DNA of 64,000 nt from Candidatus Saccharimonadales bacterium (lineage in GTDB: Bacteria; Patescibacteriota; Saccharimonadia; Saccharimonadales; UBA7683), in assembly GCA_046350615.1 (NCBI GenBank), contig JAXMAA010000001.1, positions 268,263-332,262 on the forward strand, read 5' to 3'. Both the position numbers and the translations under genes were made by a program. Below the pieces are notes generated by a model, which saw nothing but the letters and a program-made list of their open reading frames with translations, ran no database searches and was not told where the DNA came from. Shown piece after piece: positions 19,102 through 30,252 of the stretch (position 1 is the stretch's first letter; every line of letters starts with the position of its first letter).

Positions 19102-21893
19102 AAATCACCCCAAGTTTTGCCGGATTTTACATCTACTTTTAATTTTACAGGGAGTTTGGTGTAAATATTTTCCATGATTTCAATTAGAAGCTTCTCTACT
19201 TCTTCAGTTTGTGATTCTTTGCACTCAACAATGATTGAATCGTGAATCTGCAGCAACTGACGCGGAGCGTCATCCTCAGCTTGACTGGGGATCTCGTTAG
19301 TATTGGCACGAGATCCCCGATCAAGCCGGGAATGACGGCTACCCATACCCATCAGTTTTTTATCTACTTCGATCATTGCTAGCTTCATTAAGTCCGCCTC
19401 TGTACCCTGAATTGGCATGTTCATAGCTGCCCGTTCTGCACTTGAGCGAACAATAAAATTACTCGATGTAATATCTGGCATCGGTCGCCGCCTACCAAAT
19501 AACGTCTCGACATAGCCTTTACTCTTGGCTGTTTCAATCAATTCAGCCGTGTAGTCAAACAGGGGTTTTCGTAGTTCTTTGTACCGAGTGAGAAACTCTT
19601 TGGCTTCATTTAAATTCATGCCGGTAGCCACACTTAAGCCGTGAGTGCTCATACCGTATAAAATGCCGAAGTTAATTACCTTGGCGTGTCGGCGTTGATC
19701 TGGAGTGACCTCGTGCGGCTTGATACCGTATACCTGCGCAGCTGTGGCGGTGTGAATATCGGCATCTTGATTGAACAGCTCAATAAGTTCTGTATCACCA
19801 GCCATAGCCGCCGCAAGTCGCAGTTCAAATTGGCTGTAATCGGCACTAACCAGCACATTGCCCTCCCCAGCTCTGAAGGCCTTGCGAATTTTTTTACCGA
19901 TTTCAGTGCGCACCGGGATGTTTTGTAGGTTTGGCTCGGCAGATGAAAGCCGACCGGTTTGTGCAATAGTCAGACGAAAATCGGTATGCAAACGTGAATG
20001 TTGATCAATCAGCTTCGGCAAGGCATCAACATAGGTAGACTTCAGCTTGGTATATTCACGGTACTGTGTAATCAAATTAATGATGGGATGCGACCAACGC
20101 AGTTTATCAAGCTCATTGGCAGCCGTAGAATAGCCAGTCTTGCCCTTCTTCACGCCTTGAGTTGGTAGCTTCAGATCTTCAAACAATACTTTCGCAAGTT
20201 GCGAAGGCGAGCTGATGTTAAATTCTTGGTTAGCATGGCCATACACCTCTTGTTCAATGTCAGAGATGATACCCTCAAACTCTTCACTCATTTTGGCCAA
20301 GTATGGAGCATCGAGCTCAATGCCCGCCACCTCCATACGAGCCAAAACTGAAATAATTGGCCACTCAACTTCTTCAGCCAATTTAATCAGACCGGTCAGT
20401 TCGCTCATTTGTTCACCTTGTTGATGAGCGAGGTGCGAAATAACCGCACTCAACGTGGCAGCCTTGGCGATTAACTCCTGCGAATCGATATTATCAAGTT
20501 CGGTTTCCACCCCAAGATCTCGTGCCGCCATCTCAGTTAAACTAGTCTCTCGCTGCAAGCTGTTGATTAAAAAACCGCCAATGAGCGTATCGTGTGCAAT
20601 CTGCGGTAGCACGCTGTCATCCTGAACTTGTTTCAGGATCCGTTTTGAGTCGTTGGTAGATTCTGAAACAAGTTCAGGATGACGTGCCAAGAGCAGCATT
20701 TTGAACACGTGTTTAAGGTCGTGGCCGATAACACTTTTTGGCTTGAAGTGACTGAGAACAGCCGGTAAATCATTGCCGAGCTGCTCGGCATCAAGCACGA
20801 AAACCGCCTTCTCATGCGCCAGAATAAACAGTTGTGGCTGGCTGCCAAGTGCATCGCTTGAGCGACCATACAACACAACCTCTGCTTTACCGTTCAGAGC
20901 TGCTAACTTCTCGGCATCCGAGACTGACGTAATATGTTGCACACTGCCAAGCTTCAGATCAGAAAAACCGGCCGCCGCCTGCTCCTCCTCGCCATCATCA
21001 TGATTCTGCATATGTTCTGGCAAGTTACGCAGCAAGCTTCTAAATTCAAATTTTTTAAGAAGAGTCTTGAGCTTGGCAGTATCGAGATCGTTCACGTCCA
21101 TATCCGGGAGATCAAGCTCAACTGGTGCGTCATCATAGAGCTCGGCCACCTCTTTGCTCATATATGCCGAGGCACGGCCGGCTTCCAGTTTTTTTGCAAG
21201 CGTTGGTTTAATGTGCTCGAGATTTTCGTAAACATGGGCAAGCGTGCCGTATTCTCGTAAAAGTTCGGCGGCAGTCTTCTCGCCAACCCCTGGTACACCA
21301 GGAATATTATCAGAACTATCGCCTTTCAAGCTTTTTAAATCCAGAAATTGCTCTTTTTTAATACCGTACTTGTCCTCGAACGCTGCGATATCAAACCGCT
21401 CGATGTTACTAAAACCCTTCTTGAGAGCGTAAACTTGCGTGTGCTCGCCAACACTCTGCAGGGCATCAAGATCTGAGGTAATAAGCATTGTTTCAAGCCC
21501 GGCTTTATCAGCCTTTAGGGCAAGGGTGTGCATGATATCATCAGCCTCGTAATCGTCAAACTCATAGAGCGGCCAGCTGAAAGCATCAAGCAGCTCATAG
21601 AGCAACGGAATTTGTTTATAAAAATCCTCTGGTGCTGCCTTTCGCCCAGCTTTGTACTCTGGGTGTACCGCCAAACGTCGGCGAATATTCGTTTTTGGTT
21701 TGTCCCACGCCACACAGACGTAATCTGGCTTAAGCTTCTTCAGAAGCTCTAAACTCATAGCAGCAAAGCCATACACTCCACCCGTAGGTGTACCATCTGC
21801 CATGCTTAAATTACCCATGGCATAGTAGCCACGATAAAAAACCGACTTCCCATCAATAATCGCCAGCTTCTTACGTACTTCCGTCATCATCAT
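19098..21893 (-). CDS. polA: DNA polymerase I with two in-frame palindromic-element insertions
   Basis: 5'-3' exonuclease (YEADD, GDSSDNIPGV), TGRLSS.PNLQNIP, DYSQFELR, K.INFG..YG, QIHD. Confidence 0.97.
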   Translation of the reverse strand: MMMTEVRKKLAIIDGKSVFYRGYYAMGNLSMADGTPTGGVYGFAAMSLELLKKLKPDYVCVAWDKPKTNIRRRLAVHPEYKAGRKAAPEDFYKQIPLLYELLDAFSWPLYEFDDYEADDIMHTLALKADKAGLETMLITSDLDALQSVGEHTQVYALKKGFSNIERFDIAAFEDKYGIKKEQFLDLKSLKGDSSDNIPGVPGVGEKTAAELLREYGTLAHVYENLEHIKPTLAKKLEAGRASAYMSKEVAELYDDAPVELDLPDMDVNDLDTAKLKTLLKKFEFRSLLRNLPEHMQNHDDGEEEQAAAGFSDLKLGSVQHITSVSDAEKLAALNGKAEVVLYGRSSDALGSQPQLFILAHEKAVFVLDAEQLGNDLPAVLSHFKPKSVIGHDLKHVFKMLLLARHPELVSESTNDSKRILKQVQDDSVLPQIAHDTLIGGFLINSLQRETSLTEMAARDLGVETELDNIDSQELIAKAATLSAVISHLAHQQGEQMSELTGLIKLAEEVEWPIISVLARMEVAGIELDAPYLAKMSEEFEGIISDIEQEVYGHANQEFNISSPSQLAKVLFEDLKLPTQGVKKGKTGYSTAANELDKLRWSHPIINLITQYREYTKLKSTYVDALPKLIDQHSRLHTDFRLTIAQTGRLSSAEPNLQNIPVRTEIGKKIRKAFRAGEGNVLVSADYSQFELRLAAAMAGDTELIELFNQDADIHTATAAQVYGIKPHEVTPDQRRHAKVINFGILYGMSTHGLSVATGMNLNEAKEFLTRYKELRKPLFDYTAELIETAKSKGYVETLFGRRRPMPDITSSNFIVRSSAERAAMNMPIQGTEADLMKLAMIEVDKKLMGMGSRHSRLDRGSRANTNEIPSQAEDDAPRQLLQIHDSIIVECKESQTEEVEKLLIEIMENIYTKLPVKLKVDVKSGKTWGDL
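19269..19336. repeat. RPE-like element inside polA, just before motif C
   Basis: GTCATCCTCAGCTTGACTGGGGATCTCGT...ACGAGATCCCCGATCAAGCCGGGAATGAC, encoding RHSRLDRGSR...EIPSQAEDD. Confidence 0.85.
20616..20683. repeat. RPE-like element inside polA, 3'-5' exonuclease-like domain
   Basis: GTCATCCTGAACTTGTTTCAGGATC...AGATTCTGAAACAAGTTCAGGATGAC, encoding RHPELVSES...ILKQVQDD. Confidence 0.85.
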
Positions 21894-21935
21894 TGCCAAT
21901 CTATGGATATACTACAACATCCACCACTGCCCTCA

Positions 21936-22760
21936 TTATAACTCATCGGCTTCAAGACCAAGCCGAATAGCTGCTGACCGCATCTTACTCAGGGCAGCAT
22001 CTCTATGCCTGCGTATCATTTCACCTGTCAACCCCTCTCTTTCACCTATAGCTCGAAGCGAAGACGGTGCTTCGCCATCTAGCCCAAAAGATGCCACAAC
22101 GATCCGTTCTTGGCGTGGGTCAAGGCCAGCTCTACTCAAGAGCGACCTGGCAACCTCAGTAATTTCAGCCTTTTCGTAGCCCCTGTTAGACTGCGGATCA
22201 GATACAGTATCTAGTAACGACGCATCACCATCACTAATGGGGGAATCGTACGATACAACGCCAAGCGCAGCTTGAACACTGCGGTTGCCCGTTTGGCGAA
22301 TTCTATGAACGGGTACACGGATAAGACTACCTTTTGTGTCAATTGCCCGTCCTACTGCCTGTCGGATCCAGAAGGTAGCATAGGTCGAAAACTTAAAGCC
22401 CCTGCGCCAATCAAACTTCTCCACAGCATGTTCAAGACCAATATTACCCTCTTGTATAAGGTCGATCATCTCGAGTGACCGTTGCTTAGGATATTTTTTT
22501 GCAACACTTACAACTAATCTTAAATTTGCATTGATGAAATGTTTGCGCGCGGCAATCCCCTCAAGAAACATCTGATCATAGGCTTCTCTGTCCTGAATGT
22601 CAAGATCGGGGTCCTGAAGTGTCCGCCACGCATCGCGACCTATTTCAATTTTTTTCGCGAGTATTACTTCCTCATCAGCCGTCAGCAACTCATACCTACC
22701 GATGTCATCAAGATAGGTTCTCAGAGGATCAACAAAATTGGTTTGGTTTTCATGACCCAT
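21936..22760 (-). CDS. second, group-2-like sigma-70 factor (no region 1.1, shortened region 3)
   Basis: [69 protein letters not shown], region-4 HTH. Confidence 0.9.
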   Translation of the reverse strand: MGHENQTNFVDPLRTYLDDIGRYELLTADEEVILAKKIEIGRDAWRTLQDPDLDIQDREAYDQMFLEGIAARKHFINANLRLVVSVAKKYPKQRSLEMIDLIQEGNIGLEHAVEKFDWRRGFKFSTYATFWIRQAVGRAIDTKGSLIRVPVHRIRQTGNRSVQAALGVVSYDSPISDGDASLLDTVSDPQSNRGYEKAEITEVARSLLSRAGLDPRQERIVVASFGLDGEAPSSLRAIGEREGLTGEMIRRHRDAALSKMRSAAIRLGLEADEL

Positions 22761-22841
22761 GAAGTACCAGCATAGATGCAGATCAAGCAAGTTGCAACCA
22801 CAAGCGTGTACAGACCGGCATCATCTGTCATAATAAGAGCA

Positions 22842-25607
22842 ATGGATAAGCACAAGCCAAATGGTTCGGCATCTTCTGTCGCATACCAGCGTGAGACCGC
22901 TGAGGTGTTGAGCGATTTTAAAAGTGCGCAAGCTGGTCTTTCGGAAGCAGCGGCCGGAAAGCGCCTTAATCAATACGGCACCAATACATTAGAAGTTGGC
23001 AAATCAGACCCTGCGTGGCTGAAATATCTTCGGCAATATAAAGATCTTATGATTGGTCTGCTTGTGATAAGTGCGGCCTTATCATTCTATCTTGGAGATC
23101 GGCGAACGAGCTATGTGCTGTTGGCCATTGTGCTATTTAATACAACTCTTGGGTTTTTGCAGGAGTTCAAGGCCGAACGAATCATGCAAGCACTCGAAAA
23201 GTTGGTCAAGCCAGAGGCTCAGGTGTATCGAGATGGAAAATTAACGCAAGCAGAATCGGCGCAACTGGTGCCTGGTGATATCGTACATATCGCCGAAGGA
23301 GATTGGGTACCTGCAGATCTGCGCCTACTAGAAGAGCAAGAACTCAGCACCAACGATTTTGCACTCACTGGCGAAAGTAACCCCAGCCGCAAATTTACGC
23401 ACGCAATAAAAGGAACCGTGGAACTTTCAGAACGCCACAATCTGGTATTTATGGGAACGACCGTCGCCACTGGCGAGGCACACGGCATTGTAATTGCCAC
23501 CGGTATGCATACCGAGCTTGGGCGCATTGCAAATCTAAGTAGTAATACTCCCCGAGAGGTAAGTCCTCTCCAGAGAGAAATGAATAATATTGCCACACGT
23601 ATTACCATTGGAGTGGTAATACTTTGTGCAGCACTACTGCCCCTGATTTTGAAGAGTGGTAACCTTACCTTCAAAGATGCCTTCTTGTTTGCTATCGGCT
23701 TTGCTAGTTCACTCATACCCCAAGGACTACCGGCGGAAATCAACACGGCACTTGCCCAAGCCGCCAACAAGTTAGCCCATGCTAAAGCACTGGTGAAGAA
23801 ACTCTCTGCTGTTGAAACACTTGGTGCTACGCACATTATTTGCACCGATAAAACTGGTACGCTTACCAAAAATCAGATGACAGTTGAACGAGTTAGTATT
23901 GGCCATGAGATCTTTTTAGTAGAAGGCAGCGGCTATGAGGCACACGGCAGAATTACCGACCCAAATGGCAAGGCGCTCAGCAACGAACAACTGAACCAGT
24001 TCGCATATTTTTTTCAATGCGGCGCATATGCTAGCAACGCTCGAGTTCTGCCGCCAGATAGTGAACACGCCAGCTGGTATTGTTTGGGAGATCCAACAGA
24101 AGGCGCTTTGATAACGCTTGCTCGTAAATCCGGGCTTGACCTTGAGCAGCTTGAGGCAGAGAGTCCCGAGCTAAGAGAGTTTACCTTTGATTCCGTACGC
24201 AAGCGCATGAGTTCTATCCGTAACGTAGATGGCCAACTAACCGTACACGTTAAAGGCGCACCTGAGAGCGTGCTCAAACGTTGCACCCATATTTTTGAAA
24301 ATGGCAAAACACGCAAACTCACTACAAGCGACCGTGCCTGGTACCAAAAACAGCATGAACAGCTTGCTGGTAGCGCCATGCGAAATCTTGTATACGCCAG
24401 CAAAATACTCAAAGAGGCAGCAGACCCACGCACAATTACCATGGATGAGGCAGAATCCGAACTTACCTTGCTTGGTATGGTCAGTATTGTCGATCCGCTA
24501 CGCGAGGAGGTTCCAGATGCCATGCAGGCCGCACATCAGGCGCACATTCGAGTAAACGTTATTACTGGTGATTTTGCCCTCACAGCCGAAGCAATCGCTC
24601 GAAAAGCTGGGCTTGCTGGTAAAGATGAACATCTAGTGGTTATTCCTGGTAATGAGCTAAAGAATATGGCCGATGCCGAAATCTTCAAGCACGTCCGCGC
24701 TGGCGGTACCATTTTTAGCCGAGTCAGTCCTGAAGATAAAATGCGTATTGTAGAGATCGTCCGGCAGGCGCAAGAAATTATCGCAGTCACCGGTGATGGC
24801 ATTAACGATGCGCCTGCCCTAAAACGCGCCGACATTGGCGTAGCCATGGGAGTAACCGGCACTGATGTTGCGAAACAATCGGCAGAAATTGTGCTGCTCG
24901 ATGACAGTTTCCACACCCTAGTGCGAGCCGTACAGGCTGGGCGTACCATCTTTGCAAATATTAAGAAAGGCACACTCAGTTGCTTCACCAGCAACACTGC
25001 CGAACTCTTTACTAATCTTGCCAGCCTCGGTGCACTCAGTCTCTTTGGTATTCCCCTTGCCATTGGCGTGATGCAAATTTTAGCAATTGATTTAGTAGCC
25101 GAGCTCTTCCCTATTGCGGCGCTTGGCTGGGACCCCGCAGAAGGCGAACTAATGAGCGAGAAACCGCGAGATCCCAAGCAGCATATCTTAAATCGGCGTT
25201 CCATTGTTGATTTATTATGGTGCGGCTTGATTATCGGCAGCCTGGCCTTCACTAACTATCTTTTGTTCTTCCATCGTGCTGGCATGCAACCACGCAGCGC
25301 TGATACAAACAGCCTCCCATACCTGCAAGCTACCACCGTAACGTATCTCACTATTGTGTGTTGTCAGCTCATTAATATCATGCAACGTCGCTCGATCAAA
25401 GGTTTCTTCTCACGCTACCAGTTCACCAATTGGCACTTTTGGGCAGCCATTGCTCTGTCACTCAGCTGTGTAATGGCCATCATCTATTCGCCCATCAACC
25501 AATACTTCAAAACAGGCCCACTTGGTATAGTCGACTGGCTCTATGCACTTGGCGCTGCAGCCATATTTTTAGCAATCCGAGAAGTACAACGGCTCATTAA
25601 AAAATAG
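22842..25607 (+). CDS. P-type cation-transporting ATPase (type II)
   Basis: TGES, DKTGTLT, KGAPE, TGDGINDAPALK, multiple TM helices; TM4 reads IPQGLP rather than IPEGLP. Confidence 0.95.
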   Translation: MDKHKPNGSASSVAYQRETAEVLSDFKSAQAGLSEAAAGKRLNQYGTNTLEVGKSDPAWLKYLRQYKDLMIGLLVISAALSFYLGDRRTSYVLLAIVLFNTTLGFLQEFKAERIMQALEKLVKPEAQVYRDGKLTQAESAQLVPGDIVHIAEGDWVPADLRLLEEQELSTNDFALTGESNPSRKFTHAIKGTVELSERHNLVFMGTTVATGEAHGIVIATGMHTELGRIANLSSNTPREVSPLQREMNNIATRITIGVVILCAALLPLILKSGNLTFKDAFLFAIGFASSLIPQGLPAEINTALAQAANKLAHAKALVKKLSAVETLGATHIICTDKTGTLTKNQMTVERVSIGHEIFLVEGSGYEAHGRITDPNGKALSNEQLNQFAYFFQCGAYASNARVLPPDSEHASWYCLGDPTEGALITLARKSGLDLEQLEAESPELREFTFDSVRKRMSSIRNVDGQLTVHVKGAPESVLKRCTHIFENGKTRKLTTSDRAWYQKQHEQLAGSAMRNLVYASKILKEAADPRTITMDEAESELTLLGMVSIVDPLREEVPDAMQAAHQAHIRVNVITGDFALTAEAIARKAGLAGKDEHLVVIPGNELKNMADAEIFKHVRAGGTIFSRVSPEDKMRIVEIVRQAQEIIAVTGDGINDAPALKRADIGVAMGVTGTDVAKQSAEIVLLDDSFHTLVRAVQAGRTIFANIKKGTLSCFTSNTAELFTNLASLGALSLFGIPLAIGVMQILAIDLVAELFPIAALGWDPAEGELMSEKPRDPKQHILNRRSIVDLLWCGLIIGSLAFTNYLLFFHRAGMQPRSADTNSLPYLQATTVTYLTIVCCQLINIMQRRSIKGFFSRYQFTNWHFWAAIALSLSCVMAIIYSPINQYFKTGPLGIVDWLYALGAAAIFLAIREVQRLIKK

Positions 25608-25683
25608 CTGGTAGAGTAGAGATCTTAATTCTCGGATCTTAGTTTGAATAAGTAAGGAATTCGAAAGAAGGGCTGTTTTTGTT

Positions 25684-26253
25684 TTACAGACCAAGTGCAG
25701 CAACTGCTTCTTCCAGAAAACTTTCCATATCTTTATCATTATCAAGAACCAAATCGGTTCGAGCCTTGATACCAGCAATGCTAAATTCGCTATTCACTTT
25801 ACCATTTTCGGCTGCTTCGCGCTCTAAAAATTCTTCAAACGTGTTGAGCTTTTCGTTATCTCGTGCACGGCTAATACTTCGTTCGTACCGCAGACGTTCG
25901 GGAGCATCAGTGAATACAATTAGCCCCCCCGCATTCTGCACCACCTCTGCTTCTGCCCATGCGCGAAAACCGCTTACACAAATACCTCCTGGATATTTTT
26001 CCCTATACGAGGCGTACCGCTCAAGCGCAATCTCACTGAGCACTCCCGCTCCGCGCGCCTCCCGTAGTTCGTTCGCAGTTTTGTATAAGATCGGCCGTTC
26101 AATTGAACCGTATTTTTCCTGAGCAAACTCACGAACAATATCGCTCGTCGAGATATGTTTAATCTGATACTTTTCTTCTAAAAATCTCGCGAGACTGTCT
26201 TTGCCGCTCGCAAATGTTCCTGCCAAACCAATAATTTTAGGAGAGGTACTCAT
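25684..26253 (-). CDS. P-loop nucleotide kinase (dephospho-CoA kinase/adenylate kinase-like)
   Basis: [27 protein letters not shown]; overlaps the rpoD 3' end. Confidence 0.8.
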   Translation of the reverse strand: MSTSPKIIGLAGTFASGKDSLARFLEEKYQIKHISTSDIVREFAQEKYGSIERPILYKTANELREARGAGVLSEIALERYASYREKYPGGICVSGFRAWAEAEVVQNAGGLIVFTDAPERLRYERSISRARDNEKLNTFEEFLEREAAENGKVNSEFSIAGIKARTDLVLDNDKDMESFLEEAVAALGL

Positions 26254-27373
26254 AGAGTTTCTTCGCATCTTTATGTTTACGTAGTTTAGCCAAAGCTTTG
26301 GCTTCAATCTGGCGAATACGTTCGCGGGTCACGGCAAACTCATGGCCAACTTCTTCAAGCGTGTGGTTTTTGCCATCTTCTAGCCCAAAACGCATTTTAA
26401 TAATCTTCAGTTCTCGTTCAGAGAGTGCTGATTGTAAAATGCCCTGTACCTGCTCTTTCAAAAGTTGCTCTGTAGCCGCCTCGTCGGGGCTTTTTGTATC
26501 CTCGTCTTCAATAAAATCACCCAGCACAGAATCTTCTTCATCATCACGGACAGCAGCATCAAGCGAATTGACATCTTGCTTAATCTTCATAACGTATTCA
26601 ACCTTTTCCGGTTCCATCTCGAGCTCTTTAGCCAACTCATCAATGGTTGGCTCGCGGTTCAGCTCTTGAGTCATGCGGCGCTGGGTACGGAGTAACTTAT
26701 TGATAGTTTCTACCATGTGCACAGGAATACGAATCACACGGGCTTGATCAGCAATAGCTCGTGTAATAGCCTGACGGATCCACCAGGTAGCGTAGGTAGA
26801 AAATTTAAAGCCTTTTGAAGGATCAAACTTTTCTACGGCACGCAGCAAGCCAGTGTTGCCCTCTTGAATAAGATCTAAGAAATCCAGGCCACGGCCAGAA
26901 TATCTCTTAGCAATCGAGACAACCAGACGCATATTTGCCTCGGCCATTTGATCTTTGGCTCGTTTATCGCCAGACACAACTTTATTTGCCAGTGCCAGCT
27001 CTTCTTCAGCTGTTAGTAGTGGGATCTTACCGATCTCACGCAGATACAAACGCACTGAATCATCAGAGATATCGTCGAGGTAGCTGGTATCCTGCTCGGC
27101 CAAAAGAGCCTCTTCGTCTTCTTCGGTTGTTGCCCAAATGTCATCATCACCAGGCTCATCTTTAGTTGTCACAGCCACCTTTTCGGCCGCAAGCTTGGTA
27201 TAAATTGCCTCTAAGCTATCGTAGAGACCCGATTCTTCCACCGCATCTAGCACATCTTGTTGCTCGAGCATGCCTTGATTTGTGCCTGCCTTTTTTGTCA
27301 GCTGCGCCACAAGTTCAGTCACTTTTGTATCATTATCAGCCTGTTGAGCTGCAGTCAGTTCTTTTTTTGCCAC
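26237..27373 (-). CDS. rpoD: RNA polymerase sigma factor RpoD
   Basis: [46 protein letters not shown]; follows dnaG. Confidence 0.97.
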   Translation of the reverse strand: MAKKELTAAQQADNDTKVTELVAQLTKKAGTNQGMLEQQDVLDAVEESGLYDSLEAIYTKLAAEKVAVTTKDEPGDDDIWATTEEDEEALLAEQDTSYLDDISDDSVRLYLREIGKIPLLTAEEELALANKVVSGDKRAKDQMAEANMRLVVSIAKRYSGRGLDFLDLIQEGNTGLLRAVEKFDPSKGFKFSTYATWWIRQAITRAIADQARVIRIPVHMVETINKLLRTQRRMTQELNREPTIDELAKELEMEPEKVEYVMKIKQDVNSLDAAVRDDEEDSVLGDFIEDEDTKSPDEAATEQLLKEQVQGILQSALSERELKIIKMRFGLEDGKNHTLEEVGHEFAVTRERIRQIEAKALAKLRKHKDAKKLYEYLS

Positions 27374-27375
27374 AA

Positions 27376-29118
27376 TTAATCCCCTTTTAATAGTTCTTGA
27401 TACTGCTTGAGGAGCTCACCTGCCAAAACGCTATCACCTTTATCTTCAGCATCACGAATGGCGGCCGTCAGCTCATTTTTATCTTTTTCTTTGCTGTGTT
27501 TGCTAATGCGCCGTGCCAGGGCCATTACTTCAGCCATTAAATCGGCTGGGGTCCAACTGGCATATTTTTCCTCGGCGGTTAATAGCAGTATTTTACCATA
27601 GTCCTCATCTGTTTTCAATATTGCGAGCTGCTCAGATGTTAAGCGTTCGTGTTCAGGAAGTTGTTGCAGCACTTGGTAAATCGCTTGACGCTGTTCGCCC
27701 ACTAGCGCTGAAACGGAAAATTGCCTTAAACTATCACGCACCTCCGGAAACTGTGCATTGAGCGCCAAAAAGTCATCTTGATACGAGGTTTGATCGGGTG
27801 CAACAAGCTGCGTATGTGTAGTTTTTTTTGCCCGTACCTTTGGTTGAGTCTGGCGCAGTTTCACCATCAAAGATTGCACCGACACATCAAGTTGCCGGGC
27901 AAGCCGTTTCAGGTGATGCTCCTGCTCAACCGGATCATGCAGACCGTGAATGACAGCCAAGGCCTTAGTTGAAAGATGGCGCTTACCTTCAGCAGTTGTT
28001 GCGTCATGGGCACTCTCGTAACGCTTGAGCGTCCAACTCACTGCATCGGTAGCAGCCTCAATACACTGCCGCCAAAGTGCTGAATCATGCTGAATAAGCT
28101 CATCTGGATCTTTCGCATCACCTGGCAACACCACTACCCGAAGATCAACGCCAACTTCTTGGGCAATACCAATTGCCCGTTCCGTCGCCTTCAAGCCCGC
28201 CGCATCACCATCAAATGCCAGCGTTATATTCATTGTTAAACGACTCAGACTCCTCAGATGATCAGTAGTCATAGCAGTACCCGCAGCCGCCACCACATTC
28301 TTTACACCCGCTTGATGAGAAGCAATCACATCAAGATTGCCCTCCACCAGAACCACTCTGTCTTCAGTACGAATAGCTGGTTTGGCATGATGCAAGCCAA
28401 ACACTTGCCGACCCTTATCGTAGATCGGCGTCTGCGGCGTATTCAAATATTTCGGCCCTGCTGCGGGTCCGTCCTCCAGCACTCTCGAGGTGAAGCCAAC
28501 AATGTTTCCTTGGCCGTCTGCAAGCGGGATCATAATTCTCCCCCGAAACATATCGCCGATCCCGCCACGTCGTCGTGTTGTTAAACCAGCTTTGAGCAGT
28601 TCAGCATCGCTAAAGCCCCTCTTTTTCAAAAACGCATACAGTGCCGTACCATCCTCAGGTGAATAACCCAGCTGCCAGGTGCGAATTGTTTCAACGGTAA
28701 AACCACGAGCGTTCTTTATGTAGTCTAACGCTTTGGGTGTACGCGAAAGGCAGAGATGATAAAACTGCGCTGCCGCGATGTGCGCCGCCAAAAGCCGCTT
28801 TTTGAGTGCCGCAAGCGAGCCATCGCCTTTTTTTTGGTATTGACTGAGGTCAACATTAGCCTTGCGCGCCAGAATCTCCAGCGATTCGCGAAATTCCACA
28901 CCCTCAACTTCCATAATAAAGCTGAACATATCGCCGCCCTTATTAGATGAAAAATCATGCCAAATCTGCTTTTCAGGGCTAACCATAAAGCTCGGTGTCT
29001 TCTCGCTACTAAAGGGCGAGAGCGCTTTAAAATTGCGCCCGGCACGCTTCAGCTCAAGGTAATCACTAATCACCTCCTCAATACTCAGCCGTTGCTTAAT
29101 CTCGTCTTTAGCGTCCAT
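27376..29118 (-). CDS. dnaG: DNA primase
   Basis: [11 protein letters not shown] (Cys-less Zn-domain variant), [33 protein letters not shown]. Confidence 0.97.
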   Translation of the reverse strand: MDAKDEIKQRLSIEEVISDYLELKRAGRNFKALSPFSSEKTPSFMVSPEKQIWHDFSSNKGGDMFSFIMEVEGVEFRESLEILARKANVDLSQYQKKGDGSLAALKKRLLAAHIAAAQFYHLCLSRTPKALDYIKNARGFTVETIRTWQLGYSPEDGTALYAFLKKRGFSDAELLKAGLTTRRRGGIGDMFRGRIMIPLADGQGNIVGFTSRVLEDGPAAGPKYLNTPQTPIYDKGRQVFGLHHAKPAIRTEDRVVLVEGNLDVIASHQAGVKNVVAAAGTAMTTDHLRSLSRLTMNITLAFDGDAAGLKATERAIGIAQEVGVDLRVVVLPGDAKDPDELIQHDSALWRQCIEAATDAVSWTLKRYESAHDATTAEGKRHLSTKALAVIHGLHDPVEQEHHLKRLARQLDVSVQSLMVKLRQTQPKVRAKKTTHTQLVAPDQTSYQDDFLALNAQFPEVRDSLRQFSVSALVGEQRQAIYQVLQQLPEHERLTSEQLAILKTDEDYGKILLLTAEEKYASWTPADLMAEVMALARRISKHSKEKDKNELTAAIRDAEDKGDSVLAGELLKQYQELLKGD

Positions 29119-29201
29119 AAGGTAGATTATAGATTATGGAACTCAGATTATAGAAATACCCCTCATCATTAACCGCCAAATAACGTATAATAAAGCGTAA
29201 T

Positions 29202-29783
29202 ATGAACCTGCCAAATATCTCAAAGCAATCACAACTTGGCACAAATGACTATTTGGTGCAAGCAGACCCAGCGGCCGAAAAGAAGAAGCTCTACCTTATT
29301 GTTGGTGGCGTCATAGCATTGCTCTTGATCTTAAGTTTCTTGATCTTTGGCAACAAACCAACACCCGGCCTCACTGAAATGCGCAGTGGTTTACAGGCAA
29401 CATCTGACGCACTCGGTATTGTTGATGAATATCAAGATAAACTCAGCTACGCACCTACTAAAAACGACATAGCCCTCACCAAAACTCTCCTACGCGGCAA
29501 CTTCCAGAATCTCAACGAAATCTACAATACATTTAAGCCCAAAAAACGGTTTACCGGCACACCCAAGCCAGACAAAAAGTCTGCCGAGAGCCTGGATGAG
29601 GCCGTTCGCAACAACACTATTGATAACAATATCGTTGAAGTTCTGAAGCCAAAAATTACAAAAGCTGAAAGCGAATTAAAAAAAGCCAAGCCAAACTTTA
29701 CCAAAAAAGAATCTTCAAACAAAATTCAGACCGCCATTGACGATCTGCAATCAATTCAAGAACTCCTCAACCGCGCCCGGTAA
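29202..29783 (+). CDS. membrane-anchored helical hypothetical protein
   Basis: One N-terminal TM (LYLIVGGVIALLLILSFLIF) followed by a helical domain. Confidence 0.75.
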   Translation: MNLPNISKQSQLGTNDYLVQADPAAEKKKLYLIVGGVIALLLILSFLIFGNKPTPGLTEMRSGLQATSDALGIVDEYQDKLSYAPTKNDIALTKTLLRGNFQNLNEIYNTFKPKKRFTGTPKPDKKSAESLDEAVRNNTIDNNIVEVLKPKITKAESELKKAKPNFTKKESSNKIQTAIDDLQSIQELLNRAR

Positions 29784-29880
29784 ATAATCCTCATTTCTTA
29801 GATTTTAGCAAACCTCCCTTTCGCCTTCATCCTCGTGCATGCCACCAACGTAACGAACTACGAAAACTACCAACTATGAA

Positions 29881-30252
29881 CTATTCATTAGCCAAAAGTG
29901 CCTGCTCGTCTTTCGTTAAACCCTCAACCACTAAGTGGTACGAAAGATCAACAAGGCTCAGAAGATATTCTTGCTCCATCTCGCCACTGACAATAATTGT
30001 GTTCCAGAGTTTCTTATTCAGATGATATCCCGGCATCACCGTCGTATATTGCTCGCGCAGCTTCTCAGCCAAGACTGGATCACACTTTAAGCTAACCTGC
30101 ACAGGCTTCTTGCCTTCTTGAATTAAAGCAAACATCTTGGCCGTTTTTTTCGAGCCCACTTTATACACTACAACACCATCACCGAACGGATAATCAAGCC
30201 AACTCCCTGGCTTGCTCAAAATATATTCCTCTAGTTCCTTATGTGACAACAT
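29881..30252 (-). CDS. MmcQ/YjbR family DNA-binding protein
   Basis: DYPFG, KMFA, LKCDP, PGYHLNKKLWNT. Confidence 0.92.
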   Translation of the reverse strand: MLSHKELEEYILSKPGSWLDYPFGDGVVVYKVGSKKTAKMFALIQEGKKPVQVSLKCDPVLAEKLREQYTTVMPGYHLNKKLWNTIIVSGEMEQEYLLSLVDLSYHLVVEGLTKDEQALLANE

